A stretch of 64,000 nucleotides of DNA from an uncultured Mycoplasmatota bacterium (GTDB lineage: Bacteria > Bacillota_I > Bacilli_A > RF39 > UBA660). Below the pieces are notes generated by a model. It saw only the letters and a list, made by a program, of their open reading frames with translations. It was not told where the DNA came from and did no database searches. The stretch lies in the NCBI GenBank assembly GCA_900547225.1, contig URFW01000006.1, positions 4,300 through 68,299 of the forward strand. Reading direction: 5' to 3'. Made by a program: the position numbers and the translations under genes. Below, one piece after another: positions 63,671 through 64,000 of the stretch (within the stretch, counting starts at the first letter, position 1; the number at the start of each line of letters is the position of its first letter).

Positions 63671-64000
63671 TTAAGATTTAGGAATCAAGAATATGATTGA
63701 CAAACCACCTATTTCATTATTTTTAGCATATATTCTTCCATCAAATGAACTTATTATTTGTTTACATATTGAAAGCCCAAGACCCGATATTTTTCTAGAT
63801 GGATCAGTTGTATAAAGAGGTTCAAAAATACGTTTTAAATCCGTTTCAGTTTTAACACCACCACCATTATCTGCAATTTCAAACCTAATCATATTTGCTC
63901 TTGATAATACATTTATCTTAATCAAACCATCTCTACCATTAAAGTGAGTAACACTATTATTTATGATGTTTCCAAATACCCTTTTCAATTTAACTAAATC
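63671..64000 (-). CDS. Sensor histidine kinase, C-terminal HATPase_c part (N-terminus lies beyond the window end)
   Basis: ADNGGGV (G1 box), GLGLSICKQI (G2 box). Frame stays open to position 64000. Confidence 0.6.
   Translation of the reverse strand, partial: DLVKLKRVFGNIINNSVTHFNGRDGLIKINVLSRANMIRFEIADNGGGVKTETDLKRIFEPLYTTDPSRKISGLGLSICKQIISSFDGRIYAKNNEIGGLSIIFLIPKS

Overview
AT-rich, low-GC Firmicutes chromosome segment, Clostridium-like. It carries sporulation genes sigG, spoIIP, gpr and ylmC, and almost all genes lie on the minus strand. Most of the window is housekeeping: lysS (partial), tgt, queA, ruvAB, topA, rnhB, rbgA, lepB, rplS, trmD, rimM, polC, trpS behind a T-box leader, rpsT, miaA, mutL, uvrC, a murE-type ligase, trxA, rnhC, rluD and lspA. 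Two tRNA genes are present, tRNA-Thr(GGU) and tRNA-Arg(CCU). No CRISPR array, rRNA or intact transposase was seen. The accessory content, in window order, is: (1) a degraded integrated element abutting the 3' end of tRNA-Thr (about 9.0-12.75 kb), with a KilA-N pseudogene, serine-recombinase fragments and small membrane proteins. (2) An arsR/cadA-type metal-efflux pair with a consensus promoter whose spacer holds the operator palindrome. (3) A tightly packed four-gene cassette, HD / patatin-like phospholipase / pentapeptide-repeat / HD, next to tRNA-Arg. This is the best candidate for an undescribed stress or defence module. (4) A two-gene insertion between rbgA and lepB, one gene being a small nucleotidyltransferase-fold protein. 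(5) A TrmD with an unusual C-terminal extension of about 170 aa. (6) Two large unannotatable proteins beside polC. (7) Two tandem miniature protein-kinase-like genes inserted between mutL and miaA. (8) A compact convergent locus between a GH25 lysozyme gene and uvrC that looks like a type I toxin-antitoxin: a 26-aa hydrophobic peptide with a strong RBS, overlapped at its 3' end by a promoter-to-terminator unit of about 100 nt on the opposite strand. All calls rest on reading the translations and motifs by eye. No database search was run.
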